A stretch of DNA of 64,000 bases from Nitrospiraceae bacterium (GCA_050246315.1 JBFWWG010000009.1:117812-181811), one strand, 5' to 3'; positions 50,434-59,599 are shown, counted from the first letter of the stretch. A program made the numbers and translations. Notes: a model not told the origin generated them from the letters alone.

Positions 50434-50511
50434 CCGTTCGCCCTGAGCGTGTCGAAGGGCGCTCGATTTCAAGAAGCTTCGTTCATGGTTCGACGGGCTC
50501 ACCACGAACGA
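50434..50511. repeat. Inverted pair of REP-like units
   Basis: CCGTTCGCCCTGAGCGTGTCGAAG and, inverted, GTTCGACGGGCTCACCACGAACG. Confidence 0.6.
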
Positions 50512-50851
50512 ACATCCTGGACGCTTCACTAGCGGGCGGTACCACCAACCCAACGCACCGCATCTTCACCAAGTCCTCGATCCTTCGACCGCTGCACTGT
50601 TCCCCACTCCCAACCGACTCCGTGCGTAGCGAGGTCATGGCTCGATAGGTTCCGGGCCGATATCTGGATGCATCGCGAGGTCAGGCGTGTTATCCGGGCG
50701 AGCGAGGCTTGACACCAGCGCGCAACGTGGGGATATTGGGGCCACTTTCGTCACAACAGCCAAGAGACCAAACGGGATATCCCGCAAACCCGTTTTGGTG
50801 ATCCAGTGGTTCACTCGATAGTTAGGCGACCGACAACGTGGGACTAGGTTG

Positions 50852-51049
50852 ATGCCGCTCAAGATAAGGGACTTGATTGCCGAATTGGAACAGGCTGGGT
50901 TCGTGAATCGCGGCGGCAAAGGCAGCCATCGGAACTTCGTTCACCAGAGGGCCCAGAAACCCGTGACCATTTCAGGTAAACTCGGGGATGACGCCAAACA
51001 TTATCAGGTCCGAGCGGTACGCTTGGCCTTGGAGGAGTCGAAGAAATGA
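50852..51049 (+). CDS. hicA: HicA toxin
   Basis: LE..GF...GGKGSHRNF.H....VTI. Confidence 0.9.
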   Translation: MPLKIRDLIAELEQAGFVNRGGKGSHRNFVHQRAQKPVTISGKLGDDAKHYQVRAVRLALEESKK

Positions 51050-51285
51050 AAGACACCGCCAAATACGCAAAGATTGTGGAGTGGTCTGAGGAGGACCAGT
51101 GCTACGTCGGGAGCGCACCTGGGCTGATCCTTGGAGGTTGTCATGGCGATGACGAGAAAGAGGTCTTCGAAGAGCTTTGTCAGATCGTCGAGGAAGCGAT
51201 CGTGCTCTACCGCAAAGATGGCAAGGCACTACCGCCGTCCACCTCGGGTCGCGACTTCGCCAACAAGATGCAGCACGTCGCCTAA
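51046..51285 (+). CDS. hicB: Short HicB-like antitoxin (no C-terminal DNA-binding domain)
   Basis: WSEEDQCYVG..P.L..GCHGD..E.......E.......G..LP; ATGA overlap with hicA. Confidence 0.88.
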   Translation: MKDTAKYAKIVEWSEEDQCYVGSAPGLILGGCHGDDEKEVFEELCQIVEEAIVLYRKDGKALPPSTSGRDFANKMQHVA

Positions 51286-51763
51286 CCACCGGCCCGCTCG
51301 GACGCCGGTGACAGTGGCCCTGGTTCCTGGCATGTCATCGGCCGGCGCCGCACAGCCGGAACGATAGACGGACAGGAGGCGATGAAACCGAAGCTGACGC
51401 ATGAAACCTTGCAGCCACGGGGAATGGGGTCAGGCCGGGATATCTTGACAATCTGCCACGATCAGAGAATGTGCCCTGAGAATCGTGATCGGAGCTGAAG
51501 GGGCAAATGACAGTGGTCACTCACCGTGGCGATCGTAGCGCGGTGGATGTGCGATGCGCGGGGCGGTCGCGGCACAGCTCGGGCGCGACGAGATACCGCA
51601 CCGAGCGGCATACTCTCGCGCGTCGCGGATCGTGTCAACTGAGAGGCAAGGAGTTGGAGGACCGTAGAGCAGGTGAGGAAGGTAGTTAAGATGTAAAAGC
51701 CTGAGATGGCCCTGATTTGACAGACACCTTTGAATGGGGACACGATCCCCGAGGAGGTGTCCG

Positions 51764-52039
51764 ATGGGTGCACGCAAACAGTTCACGCCCGAGTTCAAGC
51801 GCGAAGCCGTCCAGTTGCTCGAGAGCGGGACTCGCCCCGCCTCGCAGATCGCCCGCAATCAACTCTATAAATGGCAGACGGAACTGCGGGCCCGCGGGGT
51901 GGGCGCCTTCCCGGGGTGCGGGGCCCGCAAGGAACGGACGACCGAGATCGCTCGCTTGAAACGCGAGTTGACCCGCGTCACCGAAGAGCGAGATATTTTA
52001 AAAAAAGCGGCGGCGTACTTCGCCAGAGCGTCCCAGTGA
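51764..52039 (+). CDS. IS3 OrfA (HTH), probably with a short internal deletion
   Basis: RKQFTPEFKREAV...QIAR-NQLYKW...EERDILKKAAAYFA; the usual ELGI segment is missing. Confidence 0.8.
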   Translation: MGARKQFTPEFKREAVQLLESGTRPASQIARNQLYKWQTELRARGVGAFPGCGARKERTTEIARLKRELTRVTEERDILKKAAAYFARASQ

Positions 52040-52878
52040 AGTACGCCTTTATCCGCGCCCACCGGCAGGAGTTTCGCCTGGCTCGGATGTGTCGAGTCCT
52101 CCAGGCGAGTCGCCGTGGCTTCTACGGCTGGCGACGGCGACAGCCGAGTATTCGGACGCAGGCCAACCAGCGGCTGATGGAGCGGATGCAGGTGTTGCAT
52201 CACCAGACGCGGGAAGCCTACGGGGCGCGCAAGATGTGGCAGCTGTTGAAGCGCGACGGGCTTCAGTGTGGTCGGCATCGGGTGGCGCGACGGCGGCGCA
52301 TGGCTGGGATCGTCGCGCGCCGCCGTCAGCGGTTTGTCCGCACGACGCAGGCCCGGCATCAGGACGCGGCCGCGATCCCCAATCGCCTGAACCAGCAGTT
52401 GACGATCTCGACCAGGAACCGCGTCTGGGCCGCGGATTTCACCTTCGTGCCGACCCGGACCGGGTGGTTGTATGTGGCCGTGGTGCTGGATTTGTATTCC
52501 CGGCGGGTCGTGGGGTGGGCGATGAGCCCACGCCAAAGTTCCGTGGTGGTGATCGACGTCTGGCTCATGGCTTGGCACCGTCGCCGCCCCGCGCCGGGAC
52601 TCATCCATCATAGGGATCAAGGCAACCAGTATCGGGCCTGCGTGTATCAACGAATGCTCGCACGTCGCGGGGTCGTGCCCAGCATGAGTCGCAAGGGCAA
52701 TGGCTATGACAATGCGCCGGTGGAGAGCTTCTTCAGCTCCTTGAAGAACGAGTTGGTGCGGCATCGGCGCTTCGCGCACCACGCGGAAGCCCGCGATGCC
52801 ATCGCGGAATATATCGAAGTGTTCTACAATCGCCAGCGCCTCCATCAAGCGCTCGCATGGAGTCAGGGTCAGGCATGA
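52036..52878 (+). pseudogene. IS3 OrfB DDE transposase, C-terminally truncated
   Basis: YGARK, NRVWAADFT, DLYSR, HHRDQG.QY, DNAPVESFF, FYN..RLH; ends before the LGY.SP motif. Confidence 0.8.
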
Positions 52879-52975
52879 GTATTGACTCGGAGCGGTTATG
52901 ATTGTGCTGCTCGGTCCGGTTTCTTGACTAGTTGCGGACTGGCAGACGAACGCACGCTCGTTGAGATCGCCCTGG

Positions 52976-54361
52976 CTACGCCTCCGCAGGCAGTTCTTCA
53001 AACCGCGCCGTGAAATGCCGGAGCACCGGCGCTTCATAGATCATTTTTAATCCGCGAATATTTTCTCTGCGCCGGTGCAGCGCCACGATCGATTCCGCCA
53101 CATAGGTGATCTGCATGTTCGTGTACACGCGCCGAGGGATCGCGAGCCGGACCAGCTCAAGCTGCGGATGCAGCGCCTGCCCAGTCGCCGGGTCCTTCTT
53201 TCCAAACATCACCGTCCCGATCTCGACTCCGCGGATGCCGTATTCTCGATAGAGCGCCGCGGCCAGCGCTTGAGCCGGAAACTGAGCCTGGGAGAGCTGC
53301 GGTAGGAACTCCTTGGCGTTCAGGTACACGGCATGGCCGCCGACGGGCTTGACGATCGGAACGCCGGCCTGGTCGAGCAGCTCGCCCAGGTATCGGACCT
53401 GTCCGATGCGGAAGCTCAAATAGTCCTCGTCGAGCACCTCTCGCAGTCCGCGGGCCATCGCTTCCAGGTCGCGTCCGGCCAATCCTCCATAGGTCGGAAA
53501 CCCTTCGACCAGGATCAACATGTTGGTAATGTCTTGGGTCCATTGGTCATGGTTCAAGCTCAAAAACCCGCCGATGTTTACCAACCCGTCTTTTTTGGCC
53601 GACATGGTACAGCCGTCTCCATAACTGAACAGCTCCCGGGCGATGTCGAGTATCGACCGGTCTTCATAGCCCGGCTCCCGCTCCTTAATGAAGTAGCAGT
53701 TCTCCGCAAAGCGGCAGGCGTCGAAGAACAACGGAATGCCGTAGCGCGTGAGCAACCTTCTCGTGTCGCGGATATTCGCCATCGAGACCGGTTGGCCGCC
53801 CCCGCTGTTGTTGGTGATCGTGAGCAGCACCAGCGGGATGCGTTCACGCCCGATCCGGTTGATCGCCTCTTCCAGGCGAGAGAGATCCATATTGCCCTTG
53901 AATGGGAGGTCGCAATGCGGGTCGTAGGCCTCCTTGATGACCAGATCCAGGGCCTCGGCCTGCTGGTGTTCGACGTTGGCGCGGGTGGTGTCGAAGTGGA
54001 TGTTGTTCGGCACGCACATACCGGGCTTCACGACCGTCGAGAAGAGCAGGTTTTCTGCCATCCGTCCTTGGTGGGTCGGGATGACATGCCGGTACCCGAA
54101 GATCGAGCGCACGGTCTCTTCAAAGTGATAGTAGTTCTTGCTGCCCGCATAAGACTCGTCGCCGAGCATCATGCCCGCCCACTGGTTGTCGCTCATGGCC
54201 GCGGTGCCGCTGTCCGTAAGTAGATCAACATAGACGCTGTCGGCCGGAACCTGGAAGAGGTTGTAGCCGGCCTCCCGCAACAGGCTGTCACGTTCTTCGC
54301 GGGTGGTCCTGCGGATGGGCTCGACGACCTTGATCTTGAACGGCTCGGAAGGAAACTTCAT
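52976..54361 (-). CDS. tnaA: Tryptophanase (tryptophan indole-lyase)
   Basis: EPFKIK.VE, DLLTDSGT, GDESYAG, HQGR, FDTT, SAKKD (PLP Lys), LRHFTARF; Asp in FDTT and His in LRHF favour tryptophanase over tyrosine phenol-lyase (FTTT/LRFF); ATGA overlap with the upstream regulator. Confidence 0.88.
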   Translation of the reverse strand: MKFPSEPFKIKVVEPIRRTTREERDSLLREAGYNLFQVPADSVYVDLLTDSGTAAMSDNQWAGMMLGDESYAGSKNYYHFEETVRSIFGYRHVIPTHQGRMAENLLFSTVVKPGMCVPNNIHFDTTRANVEHQQAEALDLVIKEAYDPHCDLPFKGNMDLSRLEEAINRIGRERIPLVLLTITNNSGGGQPVSMANIRDTRRLLTRYGIPLFFDACRFAENCYFIKEREPGYEDRSILDIARELFSYGDGCTMSAKKDGLVNIGGFLSLNHDQWTQDITNMLILVEGFPTYGGLAGRDLEAMARGLREVLDEDYLSFRIGQVRYLGELLDQAGVPIVKPVGGHAVYLNAKEFLPQLSQAQFPAQALAAALYREYGIRGVEIGTVMFGKKDPATGQALHPQLELVRLAIPRRVYTNMQITYVAESIVALHRRRENIRGLKMIYEAPVLRHFTARFEELPAEA

Positions 54362-55329
54362 GGGAAGGCTTTCTGGAAGCGCGCCAGTTCGGCTTTGAAA
54401 GCCTGACGTCCTGCATATTCGAACACGTACCGCGTCATGTCGAACAGCGGAGCGGGATTCAAGTCGCGGATGGCCTCCGGCTTCCACGTGATTTCGAGTT
54501 GGCTGATCATCGTGATCGGCGTCGGTTTGCCGACCATTCCCAGCGGCACCTGTCCGTATGATTGGGAAAAGATCAGGATCTCGCCGTCGAACATGGCCGC
54601 GTTGATATCATGGGCCGCCCCCTGTTTCCGATAATCCTCTTCGAACCGACAAAAGGCCGGGGAGCGATCCAATTCCTCCCGGAACGAGAAAAAGATCTTG
54701 ATCCCGGCGCGCTGCTGATTGTCCATCACTTCAATGGCGTCCGATACAAGCGACTCGTCGCGCATCTGCTCACTCGATAGCACTAAGAGTCGGCGAATGA
54801 CGACTCCTCGTTTGGCTGCGGCTTGGTTGGCCAGGAGATAATTGGGATAGAGCGCTTCGCCCTTTTTCCAGATGTTCCATCGTTCCATGACCGCATCGAT
54901 CGAGCGTTCAGCCGTCTCCACCAGACGAACGGCCTCGGCATTGGCGGCCGCGCCTTCATAGACAAGCGTCTGCGATTCGAGCTGCCGCAGCTCTCGTCCG
55001 ATCGCCTCAACCTTCTTCGGGAGGTATTTGGGCTGTTTCGGGACATGGAGCATCACGTCAACCGCGGTCCGGGCCAGCGTCCAATATTGTTTGGCGGAGG
55101 CGGGAGCCTTGTCCTTCTGAGCCACCAGCAACAGTTCCACCGGATTGCGATCGAGGAGCTTGGCAATCTTGATGCACAGTTCCGGTTTGGGAATCTTGAG
55201 CCCGCGACGCATCAGGTTGGCCTCGGGCTGGGCGATGCCGAGCTTATCGGCCAGCGCATAATCGCTGGTCAGCCCATATCGCTCCTTCACCGCGTCAAAA
55301 TAGCCTGCGATCTCTGTCATGCTGGCCAC
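54358..55329 (-). CDS. XRE/phage-repressor-like HTH protein with uncharacterised C-terminal domain
   Basis: YFDAVKERYGLTSDYALADKLGI..P....MRRG HTH-like N-terminus; about 230-aa alpha/beta C-terminal domain (AAKRGVVIRRLLV). Confidence 0.75.
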   Translation of the reverse strand: MASMTEIAGYFDAVKERYGLTSDYALADKLGIAQPEANLMRRGLKIPKPELCIKIAKLLDRNPVELLLVAQKDKAPASAKQYWTLARTAVDVMLHVPKQPKYLPKKVEAIGRELRQLESQTLVYEGAAANAEAVRLVETAERSIDAVMERWNIWKKGEALYPNYLLANQAAAKRGVVIRRLLVLSSEQMRDESLVSDAIEVMDNQQRAGIKIFFSFREELDRSPAFCRFEEDYRKQGAAHDINAAMFDGEILIFSQSYGQVPLGMVGKPTPITMISQLEITWKPEAIRDLNPAPLFDMTRYVFEYAGRQAFKAELARFQKAFP

Positions 55330-55333
55330 GCCT

Positions 55334-55603
55334 TCATCCTTTCGAGGGTCCGCCGATCAGGTACTCCACCTCTCCATCCGAATCCGAACTCCAATCGGAG
55401 AGACTCCGGCAGAGTCTCCAGTTGCGGATGTGCGGATGCAACCCATATCGGGCGGGCGCTTGATGGACAAAATGGACAAAGAGGTGAAGGCACGCAGGAT
55501 CGTCGAAGTGAGTCTCGAGCAAATCATGCGCCAGCGGTCTGCGGAGCGTATAGCCGGGCAGTCTGGTCGCATACTCATCTGCCGGTGAGGAGATCCAGCG
55601 CAC
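55334..55603 (-). CDS. Small hypothetical protein
   Basis: 89-aa ORF that fills the gap between the diiron enzyme and the regulator; its stop lies in the regulator's RBS region; weak own RBS. Confidence 0.4.
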   Translation of the reverse strand: MRWISSPADEYATRLPGYTLRRPLAHDLLETHFDDPACLHLFVHFVHQAPARYGLHPHIRNWRLCRSLSDWSSDSDGEVEYLIGGPSKG

Positions 55604-55616
55604 ATATGAACTGAAC

Positions 55617-56354
55617 CTAACCGGCCCGCCGTCGAGCCAGATGCTCCCACGTCTTTGCCGAGGTTGCCGATCGGTTTGCCAGTCCCATCCAGAAGCCCTC
55701 CAGATAATTCAGGACGGTAGTGACCCCGGACCGAAAGTCGGCCTTGTCCTGATCGGACATGCCTCCATGGGTTGTGTCATGCACGGCTGCCACCGCGTGT
55801 TCCATCGCCTCCTCATGTGTGGATTCGAGCTGGCGGTGAAACGTGAAATAGGTGATGTCCATTTGAGGGTGCCGGGTCGCTCTCAGGCGAGTGAGCCCGG
55901 GGATTAGGTGGTCCCACATGGTGATGGCCATGTTCTCCAGACCGAAGGACGCGCCCAGGGCCTTGGCGTGGTTACCGTCGCTGTAGAGCCGATCCATGCC
56001 GTCGATGTAGGCGCGGGTGGAAGGCAGCATCGGGCGAGCCATGGCATCGTGGACCGAGATGCCGACCGAACGGAGAAAGTCGCGATAGAGCAACTCATGC
56101 CGATTTCGGGTTTCGCCGTCGCCCAGTTCGGAATACAGCACCTTTGTCAATTCGTCCGCCACTTGCTCATCTTCCGTGTTCACCAGTTGAGCGGCAAGGA
56201 TGCGGGGGAAAAAACGGGCGAAATTGTAAAACTCAACGGCGAACTCGCACAATTCCTGGTCGGTGATCTCGCCGGTCTTGAATCGGTCCAGGTAGGGATT
56301 GTTGATCGCGCCGTGGCGAAGGACGGATTCCCGCATTTCTCCGTGGAAGGTCAT
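55617..56354 (-). CDS. Heme-oxygenase-like diiron (HDO; PqqC/TenA/CADD-fold) redox enzyme
   Basis: Ligand-like pattern SELG..H, GLE, YFTFHRQLESTH (HxxxExxH); HxxxNNPYL N-terminus; FW C-terminus; AGGAGG RBS. Confidence 0.85.
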   Translation of the reverse strand: MTFHGEMRESVLRHGAINNPYLDRFKTGEITDQELCEFAVEFYNFARFFPRILAAQLVNTEDEQVADELTKVLYSELGDGETRNRHELLYRDFLRSVGISVHDAMARPMLPSTRAYIDGMDRLYSDGNHAKALGASFGLENMAITMWDHLIPGLTRLRATRHPQMDITYFTFHRQLESTHEEAMEHAVAAVHDTTHGGMSDQDKADFRSGVTTVLNYLEGFWMGLANRSATSAKTWEHLARRRAG

Positions 56355-56499
56355 GGGTGCCTCCTGACGCCGTATTGCCTAAGCTGCATGAATGATATTA
56401 CTTTCATATCGCCAAAACAAGAACGAACTTCTTGTAATGGAGATGCTGCCGCCGATGGCGTAGGAAAAGTCCTACGAAGCGGCTTTGGTGTGCAAAATT

Positions 56500-56580
56500 C
56501 AGGGATGCAGGTATAATAGCAAAAATATATTGGGCAATATGAATACCATTGTTATATTGCGACACATGTTGTTATACTCA
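56500..56580. promoter_or_regulatory. AT-rich divergent control region with inverted repeat
   Basis: GCAATAT(56534)-13 bp-ATATTGC(56554); extended -10 TGtTATACT at 56570-56578; TATAAT at 56512. Confidence 0.55.
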
Positions 56581-56670
56581 ACCAAGCGTTGAGTATGCAT
56601 CGCCTCTCACATGCCTGCACGACGATTCACCGGGAGCAGCAAGACTCCAGCGGCAATAGGAGGTCACATC

Positions 56671-57267
56671 ATGCGCGGCTCAATGGGCATCGATCACATC
56701 ACACTCTGCGTGGAAGACCTGGACTCAGCGGAATACCTCTTCACCAAGGTGCTCGGATTTGAGGTGATCTGGTCGGCCCGGGACGTGGGCAGCGACAAGT
56801 CCAGCATGGATACCGTCGTCGTCCAGCGGGGAGACGCCAAGATCGCGCTGATGCAGGGACGGGATAAGGTGGTTAAGTCTCAAATCAATGAATTCATCGA
56901 AAAATATGGGCAGGGCGTACAGCACGTGGCGGTTGAAGTGGACGACATCGAGGCCGTCTGCCGAGAGTGGGAGGCTCACGGTGTGAAATTCAGCGGTCCA
57001 CTCAAGGATGGGCGTGACGGGTTCGGTCCCCTCAAGCAAAGGTTCACCTACCCGCTGTTCTCGGGGGCCGGTGTGTTCCTTGAACTGACGCAACGGGAAC
57101 ACGGTGGGGAGGCATCTAAGACCTTCGTCCGGAGCACGGTCGAGTCTCTCTACAAAGACATCGAGCGGGACCAGATCAATGGAGTCGAACAGACGATCAT
57201 CGAGTACAAATCGAGTCCGGCGTCGATCCATCGAAGGCGGAAGACGAGTCACAAACGGGCATCGTGA
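56671..57267 (+). CDS. Single-domain VOC protein resembling the catalytic half of 4-hydroxyphenylpyruvate dioxygenase
   Basis: IDHI, SQINEFI...G.GVQHVA, LKQ.FT.PLF...FLELTQR...F...V..LY..IERDQ (His/His/Glu triad); AGGAGG RBS. Confidence 0.82.
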   Translation: MRGSMGIDHITLCVEDLDSAEYLFTKVLGFEVIWSARDVGSDKSSMDTVVVQRGDAKIALMQGRDKVVKSQINEFIEKYGQGVQHVAVEVDDIEAVCREWEAHGVKFSGPLKDGRDGFGPLKQRFTYPLFSGAGVFLELTQREHGGEASKTFVRSTVESLYKDIERDQINGVEQTIIEYKSSPASIHRRRKTSHKRAS

Positions 57268-57326
57268 TGGCCTTGTCTCGGGATATCTGGTAGAGATGAG
57301 ATTGCCGCGTGTGACGGAGGTCCGTC

Positions 57327-58448
57327 ATGTACTTGCTGAAAAAGGGTAAGGTGCCGGTTCAAGCGCATGTGGCCATCCCCGTGGGGCAATACGAGGAAGA
57401 GCACGGCCGACAGGGGTTTAGCGGTCCCGTTTCTCATTTATACCGCACTCATCCACCCACCGGATGGGTTCGCATTGAAGGTCCTCTTCGTCCCCGCGCA
57501 TTTGCGTGCTCCGACCTTGCGACACCGGATCTACGATCGTCGGACGGTCGGCCAACCGAAATCCTCCGCAGCCCGGACAGCGTCGTCTTCATCTCGCGGC
57601 GCACCGGCTCGATGTCCCATCTTGTTCGAAACGCGGATGGAGACGAGGTGCAGTTCATCCACGCAGGGCGAGGACGGTTTGAAACAGATTACGGTTCTCT
57701 GCCCTACGAGCCAGGCGACTACATTGTGATTCCCAAAGGCACGACCTATCGCGTCATGGTGGATTCCTCGCCCTCGTTGTTCCTGATCGTCGAATCCGAG
57801 GAAGCCGTCCGCTTGCCCGATCGGGGACTGCTTGGGCAGCATGCGCTCTTCGATCGTGGACTCTTGGCCGCTCCGGAGGTGGATGGCGGTTCGTTCCCGT
57901 CCGACAAACACTCCGCAGAGACACGCGAATGGGAGGTTCGGATCAAGCGTCATGGAGAGTACACTCGCGTCTGGTATCCGTTCGACCCATTGGATGTCGT
58001 GGGTTGGAAGGGCGACCTCTGGGTGGCCAAGCTCAACGTGCGGGATTTTCGTCCCGTGACCAGCCCGCGATATCATCTACCTCCGTCCGTCCATGCGACC
58101 TTTCAGGCCGGAGGGCTCTTGATTTCGACCTTCGTGCCACGGCCGCTGGAAAGCGATCCCGAAGCGCTCAGGGTCCCCTTTTACCATCGGAACATGGACT
58201 ACGACGAGGTATTGTTTTACCACCGAGGGGACTTCTTCAGCCGCGCCGGCATACAGCCCGGTATGCTCACGGTGCATCCGCAAGGCATCCATCACGGCCC
58301 TCAACCGCAGGCAGTCGAGGCTAGCAAGGGGAGAACGCACACCGATGAGGTGGCCGTGATGATCGAATCCCGCCGGCCTTTTGCTGTCTCATCCGAACTC
58401 GAAACGGTCGAACAAAAGGATTATGCCCTCAGTTGGAGTCGGCCATGA
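57327..58448 (+). CDS. hmgA: Homogentisate 1,2-dioxygenase
   Basis: EE.G..GF.G..S.LY, RNADGDE, PLDVVGWKG, HLPPSVH, VPFYHRNMDYDE, HPQGIHHGP. Confidence 0.93.
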   Translation: MYLLKKGKVPVQAHVAIPVGQYEEEHGRQGFSGPVSHLYRTHPPTGWVRIEGPLRPRAFACSDLATPDLRSSDGRPTEILRSPDSVVFISRRTGSMSHLVRNADGDEVQFIHAGRGRFETDYGSLPYEPGDYIVIPKGTTYRVMVDSSPSLFLIVESEEAVRLPDRGLLGQHALFDRGLLAAPEVDGGSFPSDKHSAETREWEVRIKRHGEYTRVWYPFDPLDVVGWKGDLWVAKLNVRDFRPVTSPRYHLPPSVHATFQAGGLLISTFVPRPLESDPEALRVPFYHRNMDYDEVLFYHRGDFFSRAGIQPGMLTVHPQGIHHGPQPQAVEASKGRTHTDEVAVMIESRRPFAVSSELETVEQKDYALSWSRP

Positions 58449-59431
58449 AACTCGCGAGCTTTCAGGTTCGCACACCTGTGGGAGTATTCACCAAGATCGG
58501 AGTTGTCCTCGGCGCCCACCTGATAGATCTCAACATGGCCTATACGCGTTGGCTGGCGGATCATAAGGAGGCGCAACCGTACCGGTTGGCCGCCGCCCAG
58601 ATGCCGGCGACGATGCTGGAATTTTTGGAGGGAGGCTTCTCAGCGATGGACGCGGCCCGTCGGGCTTTGGAACATGCCGTGTCTTCGGGGAGTGAAGTGA
58701 AGGGACCGGCCGGCGAGACGATCTTTTACGAGCACGCACACGTGCGGGTGATCGCTCCCTTACCCAACCCCTCGTCCCTCCGTGATTTCATTGCGTTCGA
58801 GGACCACATTGCCGCCACGTCTAAGCGACGGGGTCAACCCATCCCTCCCGAATGGTACAAGGCGCCGGTGTATTACAAGGGCAACCACCGGACGATTATC
58901 GGCCCCGATCAGGATTTGCCTTGGCCGCTGGCCACCACAAAGTTGGATTACGAACTCGAACTGGCCTGCGTTATCGGACGACAGGGCAAGGATCTCTCAG
59001 AGCAGAGCGCCGCCGAGTCCATCGCGGGCTATACGATCATGAACGATTTCAGCGCGCGGGATGTTCAATTCCAGGAGATGGCCTGCCGGTTGGGGCCCGC
59101 GAAGGGAAAGGATTTCGCCACGGCCATCGGACCCTATCTGGTGACCGCCGATGACGTACCGAATCTCAACGACCTGACGATGATCGCGCGGGTCAACGGT
59201 GAGGAGTGGTCGCGTGGGCGATTCGGATCGATCTACTGGAGCTTCCCTCAGATGATCGCACACGTGTCGCGGGGTGAGAGTCTCTATCCAGGCGACCTGT
59301 TCGGATCAGGAACGGTGAGAGGAGGCTGCGGTTTGGAGCTCGATCGCTTTCTGCAGCCGGGCGATGTTGTGGAACTGGAGATCCAGCCGATCGGAATCTT
59401 GAGAAACCGCGTGGTGAAGAAGGGGGAATAG
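58445..59431 (+). CDS. Fumarylacetoacetate hydrolase family protein
   Basis: RDFIAFEDH, PVYYKGN, LDYELE, NDFSARD.Q, AKGKDF, GDLFGSGT. Confidence 0.92.
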   Translation: MKLASFQVRTPVGVFTKIGVVLGAHLIDLNMAYTRWLADHKEAQPYRLAAAQMPATMLEFLEGGFSAMDAARRALEHAVSSGSEVKGPAGETIFYEHAHVRVIAPLPNPSSLRDFIAFEDHIAATSKRRGQPIPPEWYKAPVYYKGNHRTIIGPDQDLPWPLATTKLDYELELACVIGRQGKDLSEQSAAESIAGYTIMNDFSARDVQFQEMACRLGPAKGKDFATAIGPYLVTADDVPNLNDLTMIARVNGEEWSRGRFGSIYWSFPQMIAHVSRGESLYPGDLFGSGTVRGGCGLELDRFLQPGDVVELEIQPIGILRNRVVKKGE

Positions 59432-59543
59432 AGAACACAGGCGGTGAAATGAGAGGGCACGCAGAGAATCCCGTGCGATGTTTCTCCGCGGGCGTCAGTT
59501 CCGTGAAACGATAAAGGGCCCGGGCTCAACCGAAGGTTGGTAG

Positions 59544-59597
59544 AGAGGGGCGTCGCCCAGTGAGCCGCCGGTTCTAGCGAAGCTCGGTATGGAGGAA
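59544..59597 (+). repeat. Copy of the rplY leader 3' part including the RBS
   Basis: 50/54 identity to 47667..47720. Confidence 0.85.
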
Positions 59598-59599
59598 AG

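Larger units (their letters stand above)
51702..52878 (+). mobile_element. Decayed IS3-family insertion sequence (right end missing)
   Basis: TG-starting left end TGAGATGGCCCTGATTTGACAGACACC; orfA and orfB joined by an A7G slippery site at 52000-52007; no right inverted repeat seen. Confidence 0.88.

Noticed and set aside
51440..51620. Glycine or TPP riboswitch-like words (CTGAGA, CTGAAGGGGCAA)
   Set aside because: Core motifs are incomplete and there is no suitable downstream gene
52976..54361. Tyrosine phenol-lyase call, suggested by the neighbouring tyrosine catabolism genes
   Set aside because: Diagnostic residues (FDTT, SAKKD, LRHF) match tryptophanase; activity remains untested
59500..59530. 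ykkC-type (guanidine/PRPP/ppGpp) riboswitch, from GATAAAGGGCCCGGG upstream of a PRTase
   Set aside because: The conserved 5' elements (CTAGGGTTCCG-like) are not visible; only a Rfam scan could rescue it
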